Source: a virus
Lineage: Duplodnaviria; Caudoviricetes
Reading direction: 5' to 3' (one strand)
IMG/VR virus record: IMGVR_UViG_3300020411_000002
Length of the DNA stretch: 64,000 bases
The notes under the pieces were generated by a model. The model ran no database searches and was not told where the DNA came from. It saw only the letters and a program-made list of their open reading frames with translations. Shown one piece after another: positions 26,085 through 35,763 of the stretch. The number at the start of each line of letters is the position of its first letter. The first letter of the stretch is position 1. Made by a program: the position numbers and the translations under genes.

Positions 26085-27470
26085 ATGAAAAGTTTGGAAT
26101 TTGAATGTTCGGATTTTACCAAAGTATACACTACTACAGGTCTGTATCCTAAGTTCTCAATCTCTGTATTTCTAATGGATGCAGTTGACCTAGAACCAGG
26201 TCAAGTGTTTGAAGATATAAGAATCACTAATTCGTCTGGTACTTATGTCCAAGAAGGTTTCTTTAAACTTACTTCTGTTATGCAAGGTCCTAATACTCAT
26301 ATATTAGAGCTTTCCACTATGTCCTCGTCTGGTATTCTCAATGATGTAGATTGCCAGTACTTGAATGTTGCGCAAAAGATTTTAGACGAAGGTTATCACT
26401 CAGAAAACAGAACCAAAACAAACACGTACAAACTGTTTGGCGATGCGCAATTAAAGTTCGACTTACGTGAAGGTTTACCTGTTCTAACTACCAAGAACGT
26501 ATTAGTAGGTGCATTGAAGAAAGAACTGTGCTGGTTTAATCGTGGTGAGACTAACATCAAAACACTTGGTACTCCTATTTGGGACGAATGGGCAACTGAG
26601 TCTGGTGAGCTAGGTCCTGTCTATGGTGAGCAGTGGAGAGACTGGCTTGCTTGGCATGAAGTGCATGAATCACAAGTTGAGAAAATCAAGTTCTTAGAAG
26701 AGCAAGGTTACACTAAAGGTTATCAAATTGGTGGATTCCTTTTATTCCACAAGCGCATTGACCAACTCAATCAGTTAATTGAGAACATCAAGAACGATCC
26801 AAACAATCGTCGAATGATTGTTTCTGCTTGGAATCCTACTGTAGACCCAGACACTAAGCTCACACCAAACAAGAACGCTGAACTTGGTATGCAAGCGCTG
26901 CCACCTTGTCATACATTATGGCAAGTAGGTTGCACTAAAATAGCTAACGTATATGATCGCGAAAAAGAATGGATTCGCCTTGAAGCTATTAAGAACATGC
27001 ATGAAATGGGCATCTATTATGATGAAGCGTATGTTATAGCTAACAACCAATGGGTACTATTTGTATCGGATACTGCGGTGCGTCTGGATGAACGTAACGA
27101 TGAAATAATATTAACAGAAGCATTGGATTCAGTAAACGCACCTGACTACTATCTAGACTTAAAGCTTTATCAGCGTAGTGCAGATTGGTTCTTGGGCGTA
27201 CCGTTTAATATAGCTAGCTACGCTATGCAGGCTGAAATACTTGCCGCTCATACAGGCACTGTAGCTCGTAACTTCTATCATTCGTTTGGTGATTTCCACA
27301 TTTACGAAAACCATGTTGACCAGTTACGAACTCAGATAGAGCAACCGCACAAAGCACTTCCGCGTTGCTACATTGAAAAGCAAAAAGACATTGCGCACTA
27401 TCTGCCAGAGCATATTCATGTACTTGGATATGAAGGCGGTATCAAACTAACAGGGGACGTTGCCGTATGA
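26085..27470 (+). CDS. thyA: Thymidylate synthase with an N-terminal extension and insertions
   Basis: LPVLTTK, ELCWF.RGETN, IWDEWA, LGPVYG.QWR, RRMIVSAWNP, ALPPCH, YQRSADWFLGVPFNIASYA, GDFHIYENH. Confidence 0.95.
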   Translation: MKSLEFECSDFTKVYTTTGLYPKFSISVFLMDAVDLEPGQVFEDIRITNSSGTYVQEGFFKLTSVMQGPNTHILELSTMSSSGILNDVDCQYLNVAQKILDEGYHSENRTKTNTYKLFGDAQLKFDLREGLPVLTTKNVLVGALKKELCWFNRGETNIKTLGTPIWDEWATESGELGPVYGEQWRDWLAWHEVHESQVEKIKFLEEQGYTKGYQIGGFLLFHKRIDQLNQLIENIKNDPNNRRMIVSAWNPTVDPDTKLTPNKNAELGMQALPPCHTLWQVGCTKIANVYDREKEWIRLEAIKNMHEMGIYYDEAYVIANNQWVLFVSDTAVRLDERNDEIILTEALDSVNAPDYYLDLKLYQRSADWFLGVPFNIASYAMQAEILAAHTGTVARNFYHSFGDFHIYENHVDQLRTQIEQPHKALPRCYIEKQKDIAHYLPEHIHVLGYEGGIKLTGDVAV

Positions 27471-28540
27471 CAAGTAAAGTATTAACAAACAAAGAAAAAG
27501 CATTTCTGAAAGAAATTCGTAGACGGTCTAAGCCTACAGAAAGCAACATGAAAAACTTTCTAAAGCAAGATGAAGACCCAGAAAAGCTATTAAAAGTAGC
27601 TGTTTGGTATCATGGCGGATGTAACGATGGACTAGGCTCTGCGGTATCTATTGCAGTCTTCTTAAAAGAAGAGTTGGACTTTGACTTAGACTCAGTTGAC
27701 TTTGTTCCAGTTGGGTACGGTAAGCCTGCACCAGAAGTAGATCATGATTTTGTGTTCATAGTTGACTTTGCGTATTCGCCCGAAGATACAGAAGAGCTTT
27801 GTAGCAAAAACAAAGATACTTGGTTCTTAACCGTTGACCACCATGAAACGGCGTACAATAAGTATTTGACTTACTATAAGAATAACTCATTCTCTGATAG
27901 AAACTGTTTTGTTATCAATGCTAATGGAAATTTAGCAGGCGCAGACCTATCTTGGATGATACTTAATCCACATATAGATGTACCTGATTTGATTAAAGAT
28001 GTTGCAGACAGAGACTTGTGGAAGTTCGAAAGACCTTCATCAAAGCCGATGCATTTGTTTTTAGTAGGTCTACGCGCTATTAAAGAGTACTGCCCTGTAA
28101 AAGTTTACTACAGATTCTTAACTGGAAAAGATTCAGAGTATGACGAGGCGCTGGTAATAGGTAAAAGCTTATTGCAATTCCAAAAGTCTTTGATTAGAGA
28201 AGTAAGCTATCCTGCTAAAGCTGGAACTATACAGATGGGTGACGAGAAGATGCCTGCTATATTCTGTAACTGTTCCAACTACTCTTTAATTTCAGATACT
28301 GGTGATTATATCCTTAATCGCCCAGATAAGTTTAAAATAGATACCGACAAACACGTTGCTATTTTATATTTATTCTCTGCTGATTTAAAACAAGTAAAGC
28401 TGAGTTTTAGAAGTAAGAACAAGCAGGCAAAGGTCTATGCGGAATTCTTTGGAGGAGGTGGTCATCCTAATTCAGGTGGTGCTGCAATACCAAAAGAAGA
28501 GTTCGATAGAATTGTTGAACTAAAAACTAACGAAGCATAA
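27467..28540 (+). CDS. DHH/DHHA1 family phosphoesterase (NrnB-like)
   Basis: YHGGCNDG, IVDF, VDHH, DRDLWKF, SFRS and GGGGHPNSGG motifs. Confidence 0.85.
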   Translation: MTSKVLTNKEKAFLKEIRRRSKPTESNMKNFLKQDEDPEKLLKVAVWYHGGCNDGLGSAVSIAVFLKEELDFDLDSVDFVPVGYGKPAPEVDHDFVFIVDFAYSPEDTEELCSKNKDTWFLTVDHHETAYNKYLTYYKNNSFSDRNCFVINANGNLAGADLSWMILNPHIDVPDLIKDVADRDLWKFERPSSKPMHLFLVGLRAIKEYCPVKVYYRFLTGKDSEYDEALVIGKSLLQFQKSLIREVSYPAKAGTIQMGDEKMPAIFCNCSNYSLISDTGDYILNRPDKFKIDTDKHVAILYLFSADLKQVKLSFRSKNKQAKVYAEFFGGGGHPNSGGAAIPKEEFDRIVELKTNEA

Positions 28541-28549
28541 GGGACTACG

Positions 28550-29194
28550 ATGCAAAACAGCTATATCACTGTAACAAACAAAGTAATAATTCTTAATTAT
28601 TGTATGCTAAAGTCTACTCTAAAGGAGAGATTAGGTGCGCTAAGTGTTCGTGTACTGGAAGACCTAGAACCATGTGTTGTGCGTTACTGTGATATAGAGG
28701 TTCATTGGAGAGAACATCAGTTAGACATATTGATCGACTTAAAGGTTGAGCCATTGGTCGTAAACTGTATTAATATAAATCACAAAATAATTATTAATAC
28801 TAAACCCGAAGTAGAGATAAATGACAAACGCTTTGAGAATATTCTTTCAGGCGCTGTAGGTCGAATACATAAAAATATACAACTACAAGTAGTTAATGAA
28901 TCTAGTGGTAACACTAAGCAGCAACGTCTTCAATTTGTCGAAGGTCAAACTGTAGATGGATGGTATGAAAACTTACAACCTGGAAAAGATTTTGTAACTA
29001 AGAGAGGTGCTAAAGGTAAAGTAGTTATGTTAGACTACTTTGGTTTAGGTCAGTCTTTCCCTCTAGACCCTCTTATCGTGGTAAAGTGGTTATCTAAAAG
29101 CGAGATAAAAGATACTGCTTTTTGGAAAGAAGAATTTACCAATATGACAGGTGTAAGCCTTGAGAATTTCAAAAGTAGCTCAGACATTGCGTAA
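28550..29194 (+). CDS. Hypothetical protein
   Basis: 214-aa ORF. Confidence 0.65.
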   Translation: MQNSYITVTNKVIILNYCMLKSTLKERLGALSVRVLEDLEPCVVRYCDIEVHWREHQLDILIDLKVEPLVVNCININHKIIINTKPEVEINDKRFENILSGAVGRIHKNIQLQVVNESSGNTKQQRLQFVEGQTVDGWYENLQPGKDFVTKRGAKGKVVMLDYFGLGQSFPLDPLIVVKWLSKSEIKDTAFWKEEFTNMTGVSLENFKSSSDIA

Positions 29195-29381
29195 CACTCT
29201 TTCGTGCTTGATGGCATGGCTGGTGGTATGCATAAACTATTACATTATACTTTTCGTAAGCCCAAGTATAGCGTATTTAACTTTCATTACTCTAAATATT
29301 TTATCAATTTTTATTGTAAGGGCTATTGATAGGTTTATCAAAATTAAAAAGCCTGATGTATGGTACGACTTTATGAATTGA
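29160..29381 (+). CDS. Small putative membrane protein (start uncertain)
   Basis: Hydrophobic stretch YYIILFVSPSIAYLTFITLNILSIFIV; fills the gap between flanking genes. Confidence 0.5.
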   Translation: MRISKVAQTLRNTLSCLMAWLVVCINYYIILFVSPSIAYLTFITLNILSIFIVRAIDRFIKIKKPDVWYDFMN

Positions 29382-29390
29382 GGAAAGACA

Positions 29391-29807
29391 ATGACCGAGA
29401 CAGAACGTGCAGAACTACTATTGAACGGAAAAGTTCTATTAGGACCCAATGCCACTGACGAACAGTTAGATAGATTTGTTGACTATGTGTATACTATAAA
29501 GCAAGAAGTGTCATTAGGTTCTCAAACTAAGATACTAACTAAAGCCCAATCCGAAGGCGTTTACAATAAGCTTATCTTAGAACACAACTCTAAGCTAATA
29601 CAAGCTGGTAAGAAGAACGCATCACCCGCCAAGCCTAAACAAAATCTTTCATTTGAACAGCGCTTACGCGAGATTAATATTCTTATTGAAAAGATTCTTG
29701 CCTTGAACATAGAAATAGATGTAATGAACTCTATGGGTGCTATTGACGGAAACGAAACAGTAGCAACAACCAACCTCAAACTTGCCACACTTTACGGCGT
29801 ATCTTGA
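29391..29807 (+). CDS. Hypothetical protein
   Basis: 138-aa ORF with a GAGG RBS. Confidence 0.65.
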   Translation: MTETERAELLLNGKVLLGPNATDEQLDRFVDYVYTIKQEVSLGSQTKILTKAQSEGVYNKLILEHNSKLIQAGKKNASPAKPKQNLSFEQRLREINILIEKILALNIEIDVMNSMGAIDGNETVATTNLKLATLYGVS

Positions 29808-30147
29808 GGTCTTTTGATAATACTAATTTTATATAACTGGAATACAATTCGCGTGTATTCCAGTGTTGCATTTCAGCTTGTGAAGCGATAGCCTAACAAT
29901 GTATCTATCAAACAGTCTCGATACAGGCTAAAGGTAAGACTGTTTAGAACTTACTAGAAAGTAACTTTGGAAGAACTTGACGTAATACACTTAGAATAAG
30001 CTAAGGCGTTAGGTGTCCAAATGGAAGTCAGTAAGAAGCGAGGATCGAACATTAGTTTCTATATGGATGGTAGAAAGCTTAACTCAGCAGCCTGTGTTAC
30101 TCAGGTTTCTAATGTTTTAACTTGCAAATTTATTAGAAGGACTTATC

Positions 30148-30948
30148 ATGAGTAATGACATTTATAACGCTAGAAATTTATTTGAATCCACATCGGAAAG
30201 CAATAAAGAATTCAACGAAATACTTCCTTCTTTTGTAGAGTATCCTTTCAAAAAAGGTTCGAAGAAAGTTGATTACTTAGCGGAAACTATAAATATTATC
30301 AATTGTGATAAGATTACTTTCTATATCACAACTAGCGTAAAGTTCCACAATAGAACCCATAAGCTTTTCAACATAGCTATGCTAGTTGACTACAAAAGTA
30401 TATTAGAGCCGTTTGCTGACAACATTGTTGAGCATCCATCGCAAATGACAGGTTACGGCCTAGTATCTTCTTCCCATGTAATTCATCACATGGACAGCTT
30501 TCTTCAATGGTTTAGATCTGCTAAACGTAATGTTTGGGGTGTTACTACTTTAAGTGGAGTATACTTGAAAGGAAACCCTAGACGCGAAGAACATGCATTG
30601 AAAGACCCCAAGTATCCTCTTCCTCGTTCCCAAGATATACATAGCAAGTATCTAAAGTATATGGAATATCTGGGCGATGAAACTTTTGACTACGAAGAAC
30701 TTATCTATATAAGATTTCACTTAGTCCTATCTATGTTTATTGAATGCTTAAACAGTTCTGACATTCCTATTACTGTTAATTATATGGGAGCGTTAGGTAT
30801 GTTGAAGCGATATTTATTAACCCACCAGTTTAATCCATCTACAAAGACTCTACTCGATAAAGTTAAGCCTTCTGTTCTTGGTAACTTCATTACTGACGTA
30901 TTAGACGAAGCCTCTAGGCCTTGTTTTATACAAGCAATGAAACTGTAA
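30148..30948 (+). CDS. Hypothetical protein
   Basis: 266-aa ORF with an AAGGA RBS. Confidence 0.7.
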   Translation: MSNDIYNARNLFESTSESNKEFNEILPSFVEYPFKKGSKKVDYLAETINIINCDKITFYITTSVKFHNRTHKLFNIAMLVDYKSILEPFADNIVEHPSQMTGYGLVSSSHVIHHMDSFLQWFRSAKRNVWGVTTLSGVYLKGNPRREEHALKDPKYPLPRSQDIHSKYLKYMEYLGDETFDYEELIYIRFHLVLSMFIECLNSSDIPITVNYMGALGMLKRYLLTHQFNPSTKTLLDKVKPSVLGNFITDVLDEASRPCFIQAMKL

Positions 30949-30985
30949 ACTGTACAAACCATTAAGTAAATCAATTCGGAGCGTC

Positions 30986-31270
30986 ATGAATTGGGAAAAA
31001 GCTAACCATCGGAACGGATTTGTTTTCTCTGGAGACATATCACCCGAAAACCCCATAGACTTACGTGAAATAGTCGTAGGCAAAAGCAAAGTAGTATTGA
31101 AAGCGCCAGACGGTTGTTGTGGAACAACACTATGCATGAAAGAGTATGTAGTAGAAGGCGTAGGGAAATATAAAGATGCTGGACTGAAACAAATCATTCC
31201 AGTGTTTAGGTTAGAAAGCGGAGTGTTTTGTACTCCAAATCAGATAAGCTATGTACTCAACCCTGAGTAG
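30986..31270 (+). CDS. Hypothetical protein
   Basis: 94-aa ORF with a GGAG RBS; last gene of the plus block. Confidence 0.6.
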   Translation: MNWEKANHRNGFVFSGDISPENPIDLREIVVGKSKVVLKAPDGCCGTTLCMKEYVVEGVGKYKDAGLKQIIPVFRLESGVFCTPNQISYVLNPE

Positions 31271-31282
31271 ATTGTAGACATT

Positions 31283-31322
31283 AAAAAGGCTGGATACTCA
31301 ATTACGAGTCCAGCCTTTTTTT
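31283..31322. terminator. Bidirectional Rho-independent terminator between convergent blocks
   Basis: AAAAAGGCTGGA-TACTCAATTACGAG-TCCAGCCTTTTTTT, with A and T tracts on either side. Confidence 0.85.
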
Positions 31323-31395
31323 ATATAAAAAAGAACATCCTTGTTCTTATAAAAAGCGTCTATCCATGTACGCTACGCTTGCCTCCACAGCCGCG

Positions 31396-33450
31396 TTAAA
31401 TCAAACGTTCAGTTCCATCAAGACTGTATACGTACTTCACTGACTCTGCTCCTGTACCTTTCCGTCCACGTACTAAACGTACCAACACTTCACCTTTAGG
31501 AATATCTAAGCCAACAATCTCAACTGGCAAATATGCAGAGCCTGTTTTGATTGAGTACATCGGTGCATTTTGTACTAATACTTTGGACTGTATTAGTTCG
31601 TTACTTAGCTTGTTAAGTTGTCGCTCTAGCTTAGTAATCTCAGCACTTGTACGGGCATCCTTTTCCTTAGATGACATATTCTTTAAGCGCTCAATCTCAT
31701 TATACAAATGGGTGTATTCAGATGTACCAGAGTTTCTACGCTTTGAGTTTCTCCAATATTCAAGAAGCTTCAATGCGCGTTCTTGTTTATCGGCTGGATA
31801 CGGTTTAAGTAGTAAAGCAACTTGCACTGTCAGACCTTTGTTAGCGTCTAGTACAACTTTGCCTTTAATTCCTTTTCCGTATGTATTCTGTAATCGCTCA
31901 ATGAATAGCTCAGCTTCGTTCTTGTACTTACGGCTTACTGTAGAGTTTTTAAGAATAAGAACAGGCTTACCTTTACTATTAGCGAACCCTGTCTTAGATA
32001 CGTTATTACTCTTCTTAAAGATGCCAGTAAATTTACCATCAAGAACTGTTAGCTTTTCAATCTCTTGAAGTACTGCTTTCTCGTTGCCTGGGAATATAGG
32101 TTCTTCTGGTTTTACTGTGCTATCGTCGTAATGAGGAACTTGAATTGTTTCATCGTACATTACAACACCGTCTGGAACGTAACGTTTATCTTGGATAACA
32201 CCTTTTGCTTTAAGACGCATAGCGTGGGGTGTAGAAAGATAAGAAATCTTTTTGTTGCGCACTTTATTCAAGAAGCTTTCTATCTCGCCGCGCTTAAACT
32301 TGTATATTGTAGCAGGGCTGCCAGAGGCATCAGACATAAACTTGTCTAGTGCTATACGTGCAGTAGTTACGTTAAGGCCTTGAACTATGGCAATTTTGTC
32401 ACTATGTAATGATTGCTTATAGAAACCTAAGAACACGTTACCAGTAAGAGCTTCTGCACTAATAGAATGCATACCAGTTAAGTGTAGATTCTTAGTATAA
32501 GCAGGGTCTTTAACCTTAGAGCTAATAGAACCTTCCAAGAAATCTAACGGGTCAATAACAGATGTAGATACCGATTCAGCAAATACTTTAGCGGCTTCCA
32601 TTGCTTCGTCTTCTGATGCAATAGTATATTCACCTCTTCCACGCGGTACAAATTCTTCATGATGTAGATCGTCAGAGCTAATCTTGAACTTGAAGCCGTT
32701 GTCTGTGTCGTCAACTATTAGCACTTTAGATTTGTCCCAAAAGTTTTGAACTTTCTCTATAGCAGCTTCTTTGGTATCTGGTAGATAAGCAATATCGCCT
32801 TGTTTGACAGTATCGCCCTCACCAAATCCATGCAACGCACGATGCGACCAACCATACCACTTACCATCTTTTCCTTTACCGATAGTACAGATGTTTGCGT
32901 TAGGTTTAGCAGGTTGTGGATAGATACCACACTCTTCACACAAGAACTTAGCGTCTTCTGGTGAACCAATGTAATGACCATCTGCATTATAAGCAGAGCG
33001 AAGAACTACAGGCTCGTTCAGGTCAGAAATCATTACTGATTCTTCCGCACTGATGTAGTAACCGTGGTCTTTCAGCATTGTAGAGTCACGCGATATCTCA
33101 CGCTTTAAAAGATTGTAGTCGTTGGTAAACTGGAAACCGTCGTCTAGCATTTGCTTTATTTCACTGCTATATCGAGGTTCAACAGGAGATTCTTCGTTGT
33201 CTTCCCAATTAGAGTAAAGACGCGTAGGCTCCCATTGCCAGTTCTGCCATTTCTTACCGATTTTTGTACCATCACCTATTGGTGCAATGTTCTGCTCTTC
33301 ATACATTGCGTCTTCACGTTCAATAGTAGATACCAAAGATACAGACTTAACACCTGTTTGTGAGGCATAATCAAAAGCGTATAGACGGCGATTGATTCCA
33401 GCTAGCGATGCAGAAGTTGCTTCACTTACTATAAGATTTAAAGTATCCAT
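31396..33450 (-). CDS. 684-aa mosaic hypothetical protein, possibly virion-packaged
   Basis: Several apparent modules, including WYGWSHRALHGFGEGD; basic C-terminal half; AAGGA RBS. Confidence 0.65.
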   Translation of the reverse strand: MDTLNLIVSEATSASLAGINRRLYAFDYASQTGVKSVSLVSTIEREDAMYEEQNIAPIGDGTKIGKKWQNWQWEPTRLYSNWEDNEESPVEPRYSSEIKQMLDDGFQFTNDYNLLKREISRDSTMLKDHGYYISAEESVMISDLNEPVVLRSAYNADGHYIGSPEDAKFLCEECGIYPQPAKPNANICTIGKGKDGKWYGWSHRALHGFGEGDTVKQGDIAYLPDTKEAAIEKVQNFWDKSKVLIVDDTDNGFKFKISSDDLHHEEFVPRGRGEYTIASEDEAMEAAKVFAESVSTSVIDPLDFLEGSISSKVKDPAYTKNLHLTGMHSISAEALTGNVFLGFYKQSLHSDKIAIVQGLNVTTARIALDKFMSDASGSPATIYKFKRGEIESFLNKVRNKKISYLSTPHAMRLKAKGVIQDKRYVPDGVVMYDETIQVPHYDDSTVKPEEPIFPGNEKAVLQEIEKLTVLDGKFTGIFKKSNNVSKTGFANSKGKPVLILKNSTVSRKYKNEAELFIERLQNTYGKGIKGKVVLDANKGLTVQVALLLKPYPADKQERALKLLEYWRNSKRRNSGTSEYTHLYNEIERLKNMSSKEKDARTSAEITKLERQLNKLSNELIQSKVLVQNAPMYSIKTGSAYLPVEIVGLDIPKGEVLVRLVRGRKGTGAESVKYVYSLDGTERLI

Positions 33451-33568
33451 ATACTTCCTTTAATCAGTTGGTGCAGGTGGAGTGCCTTCATAATCAGGCT
33501 AATTTGCCCACTCTACAAATTTTAATTCTTCGAGTGTATTGCATTTCATTTTACTTTACCGTAAAAAG

Positions 33569-34066
33569 CTATAGTTTGTTTTTATCTACGTCTAATTTTG
33601 AACGTATATCAAATAACCCTCTTCTACTATGCTGTTCGATATAGGAAATGCTACTGAACTCAAAAACAAATTGTGTATTCTTCAAGTCCTCTTTTGGAAC
33701 AGGCATGCCTAAGTAATAGAATTGTTTATCCCAGTCTATATCACAATGTTCGTGTACTCGACCTTTCTTATCTACATTAAATACGTGCTGAAACATTTCC
33801 CACTTAGAATTATTTCTATACACAAAGTATCCAATGTAGACAGGTAGACCTTTCTCTTCATATACTTTAACTGCTGATTCCGCCGGATTGTTACGACTGT
33901 ATTCTACTGTCTTGATACCTCTATCAATAACAGGTAGTTTATAGAGTCTTATAGGCAAGTCACGAATATGAAAGTAACGATTAGAAAGTTCTTCTATCGT
34001 ACTCATATTCAAATGCTTTGGGCTTCTAGATAGACTTAGACTCGTTAAATCTAATATTGCCTGCAT
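33569..34066 (-). CDS. Hypothetical protein
   Basis: Start moved to MQAILDL (GGAAG RBS), which shortens the overlap with tmk from 98 to about 41 bp. Confidence 0.6.
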   Translation of the reverse strand: MQAILDLTSLSLSRSPKHLNMSTIEELSNRYFHIRDLPIRLYKLPVIDRGIKTVEYSRNNPAESAVKVYEEKGLPVYIGYFVYRNNSKWEMFQHVFNVDKKGRVHEHCDIDWDKQFYYLGMPVPKEDLKNTQFVFEFSSISYIEQHSRRGLFDIRSKLDVDKNKL

Positions 34067-34724
34067 ATATTTCTTCCAATCTATCTTTAACAAATTCAAT
34101 AACCTTACCAACCGTTTGTTCAATAGTAAGCTCAGATGTATCTATTAAAGTTATGTTTTCTGGTTCTGCGAGATTCCACTCTTTGTATTTGCTGACTGCA
34201 TTTCTGTAACACCCAGAAAGACGGTCTGCATCGGAATACGCTTTTTCAATTGCATCGTTTTCTAAATCGGCTGTGTCTCTGTCTAAACACTCTAGCTTAC
34301 GCTGTGCAGAAACTTTACCGTTAACGTCTAGAACTATGTAGATGCGATTAACAGGCTCTTCGAAAGGTCTGTTAAGTATTGTTCTAGTTGCAGCAAACAC
34401 TCGGCTTGCTTCATTGTCTTTCATGTACTCACACTGGTACGCATAAGTAGACATATCAGAGCGGTCAAAAATATGTAGGTTTGTTGGCGATTCAGCAACA
34501 TGTTCTAGCAATACTGATCTGCTAAGAAGCATAGCAAACAGATTAGAAGTATTACTTAGTGAATTGCTTTTAACAATGTCACGTACAGCTTCACCAACAA
34601 GAGTACCGCCAGGCTCTCTGTGTCTTTCCACCAGCATTGTTTTACTGAGGAAGTTATATAGAGAACTAACAGCATGAGTTTTGCCTGAATAATCAGGACC
34701 GTCTATTGCAATTATTGTTTTCAT
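34026..34724 (-). CDS. tmk: Thymidylate (dTMP) kinase
   Basis: P-loop IAIDGPDYSGKT, REPGGTLVGEAVR, FDRS..STYAYQ. Confidence 0.85.
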   Translation of the reverse strand: MKTIIAIDGPDYSGKTHAVSSLYNFLSKTMLVERHREPGGTLVGEAVRDIVKSNSLSNTSNLFAMLLSRSVLLEHVAESPTNLHIFDRSDMSTYAYQCEYMKDNEASRVFAATRTILNRPFEEPVNRIYIVLDVNGKVSAQRKLECLDRDTADLENDAIEKAYSDADRLSGCYRNAVSKYKEWNLAEPENITLIDTSELTIEQTVGKVIEFVKDRLEEIYAGNIRFNESKSI

Positions 34725-34748
34725 AAATACCAACTGTGGAGGATTGTT

Positions 34749-35369
34749 TTATTCTAACCAAGCATTCTCAGCACTGATAACACGTTCGGGGCCCAGCTTT
34801 TTAGTTTCTGGGTCTTCTATTCGAACTTTAACTTTGTTACCGAATGGCTCTACACCTAACAAGACACCTTGGTATTGTTTATTCTTACCAATAAGAATTG
34901 TTTTGTTAAATGAAGTTTGAGCACCCTTGGTCTTTCTTGGATTGAACATAAGAGATTTTAACCCCTCTGCCCTTTTAAGGTGTTCAGCACACCACTTTCT
35001 AGAATCTGCTGCATCAGAATCTTTAATGCGTTGCAGATCTAAGTTGCAGAAAAAAGCTTGGATAGCAGGCTCTTTGTCTGCAAACATGTAAGCACTTGGT
35101 TCAGCTAGTCTAGGGCTGGAACGACTTACCATGTAACGCCCAATACCCAAACGGCTTAGAGTTGTTACGCTATTAGTAAATCGACTTTTCCAAATGCATC
35201 TATACAGTTTAGAATCTTCTTCATATATCCAATTAAGGATAATGTGACCTATCTGAGTGTTATCGATAGGAATAGCTCCACCTTTTCTCTGGGAGAGCTT
35301 CTTATTAAAAGTCTTTACGAAAGAGCTTTTCTCAGATAGAGCTATTAGCCCCTCAATATCTAAGCGCAT
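34749..35369 (-). CDS. Hypothetical basic protein
   Basis: 206-aa ORF with an AAGGT RBS. Confidence 0.65.
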   Translation of the reverse strand: MRLDIEGLIALSEKSSFVKTFNKKLSQRKGGAIPIDNTQIGHIILNWIYEEDSKLYRCIWKSRFTNSVTTLSRLGIGRYMVSRSSPRLAEPSAYMFADKEPAIQAFFCNLDLQRIKDSDAADSRKWCAEHLKRAEGLKSLMFNPRKTKGAQTSFNKTILIGKNKQYQGVLLGVEPFGNKVKVRIEDPETKKLGPERVISAENAWLE

Positions 35370-35418
35370 AGCACGACCTTATTGTTAGTTTTGTACAATA
35401 CTTTAAATTAGTTAATTG

Positions 35419-35763
35419 CTACCATAGATCATTCAGTGCCCAATAAGCAGCCTGAAACTTATCTTTATATGCTAGCTTACCGTCTTTTGTTTTGATGCCC
35501 ATGTGGCGCTTACGATAGTTATCTCTACGCTTTTTATCTTTATGCGTAGTATAGTCTTCGTAGTCCTTATGTCCGTACTTAACTAACTTAAACTGATTTC
35601 CTTTCTTAGCAAGCACACATCGTTTGTGTCTGCTGTCAGTAGGATTATCTATTGGTTTGTTCCAGCCGGGAAAAGTCATTCCACGATACTTTAGCTTACC
35701 GTTTTCTTTTTCTACCTTTTCTATGGGCTGGCTTGTTGCTGATAGACTTACTAGTATCTTCAT
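35419..35763 (-). CDS. Small basic protein (K.V.FG...YED.T.HKD..RR..Y..RH family, DUF5754-like)
   Basis: KLVKYGHKDYEDYTTHKDKKRRDNYRKRHMGI...AAYWALNDLW. The family name is recalled from memory, not searched. Confidence 0.55.
   Translation of the reverse strand: MKILVSLSATSQPIEKVEKENGKLKYRGMTFPGWNKPIDNPTDSRHKRCVLAKKGNQFKLVKYGHKDYEDYTTHKDKKRRDNYRKRHMGIKTKDGKLAYKDKFQAAYWALNDLW

Noticed and set aside
26085-27470. Thymidylate synthase homologue as a dCMP hydroxymethylase (DNA modification)
   Set aside because: It keeps the dUMP-specifying Asn (GVPFN) and full ThyA motifs, and sits with dCMP deaminase and Tmk.
31327-31395. Extra weak hairpins after the bidirectional terminator (AAGAACA/TGTTCTT, AAGCGT/ACGCTT)
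   Set aside because: Short, AT-rich and plausible by chance; termination is already explained by the adjacent strong hairpin.
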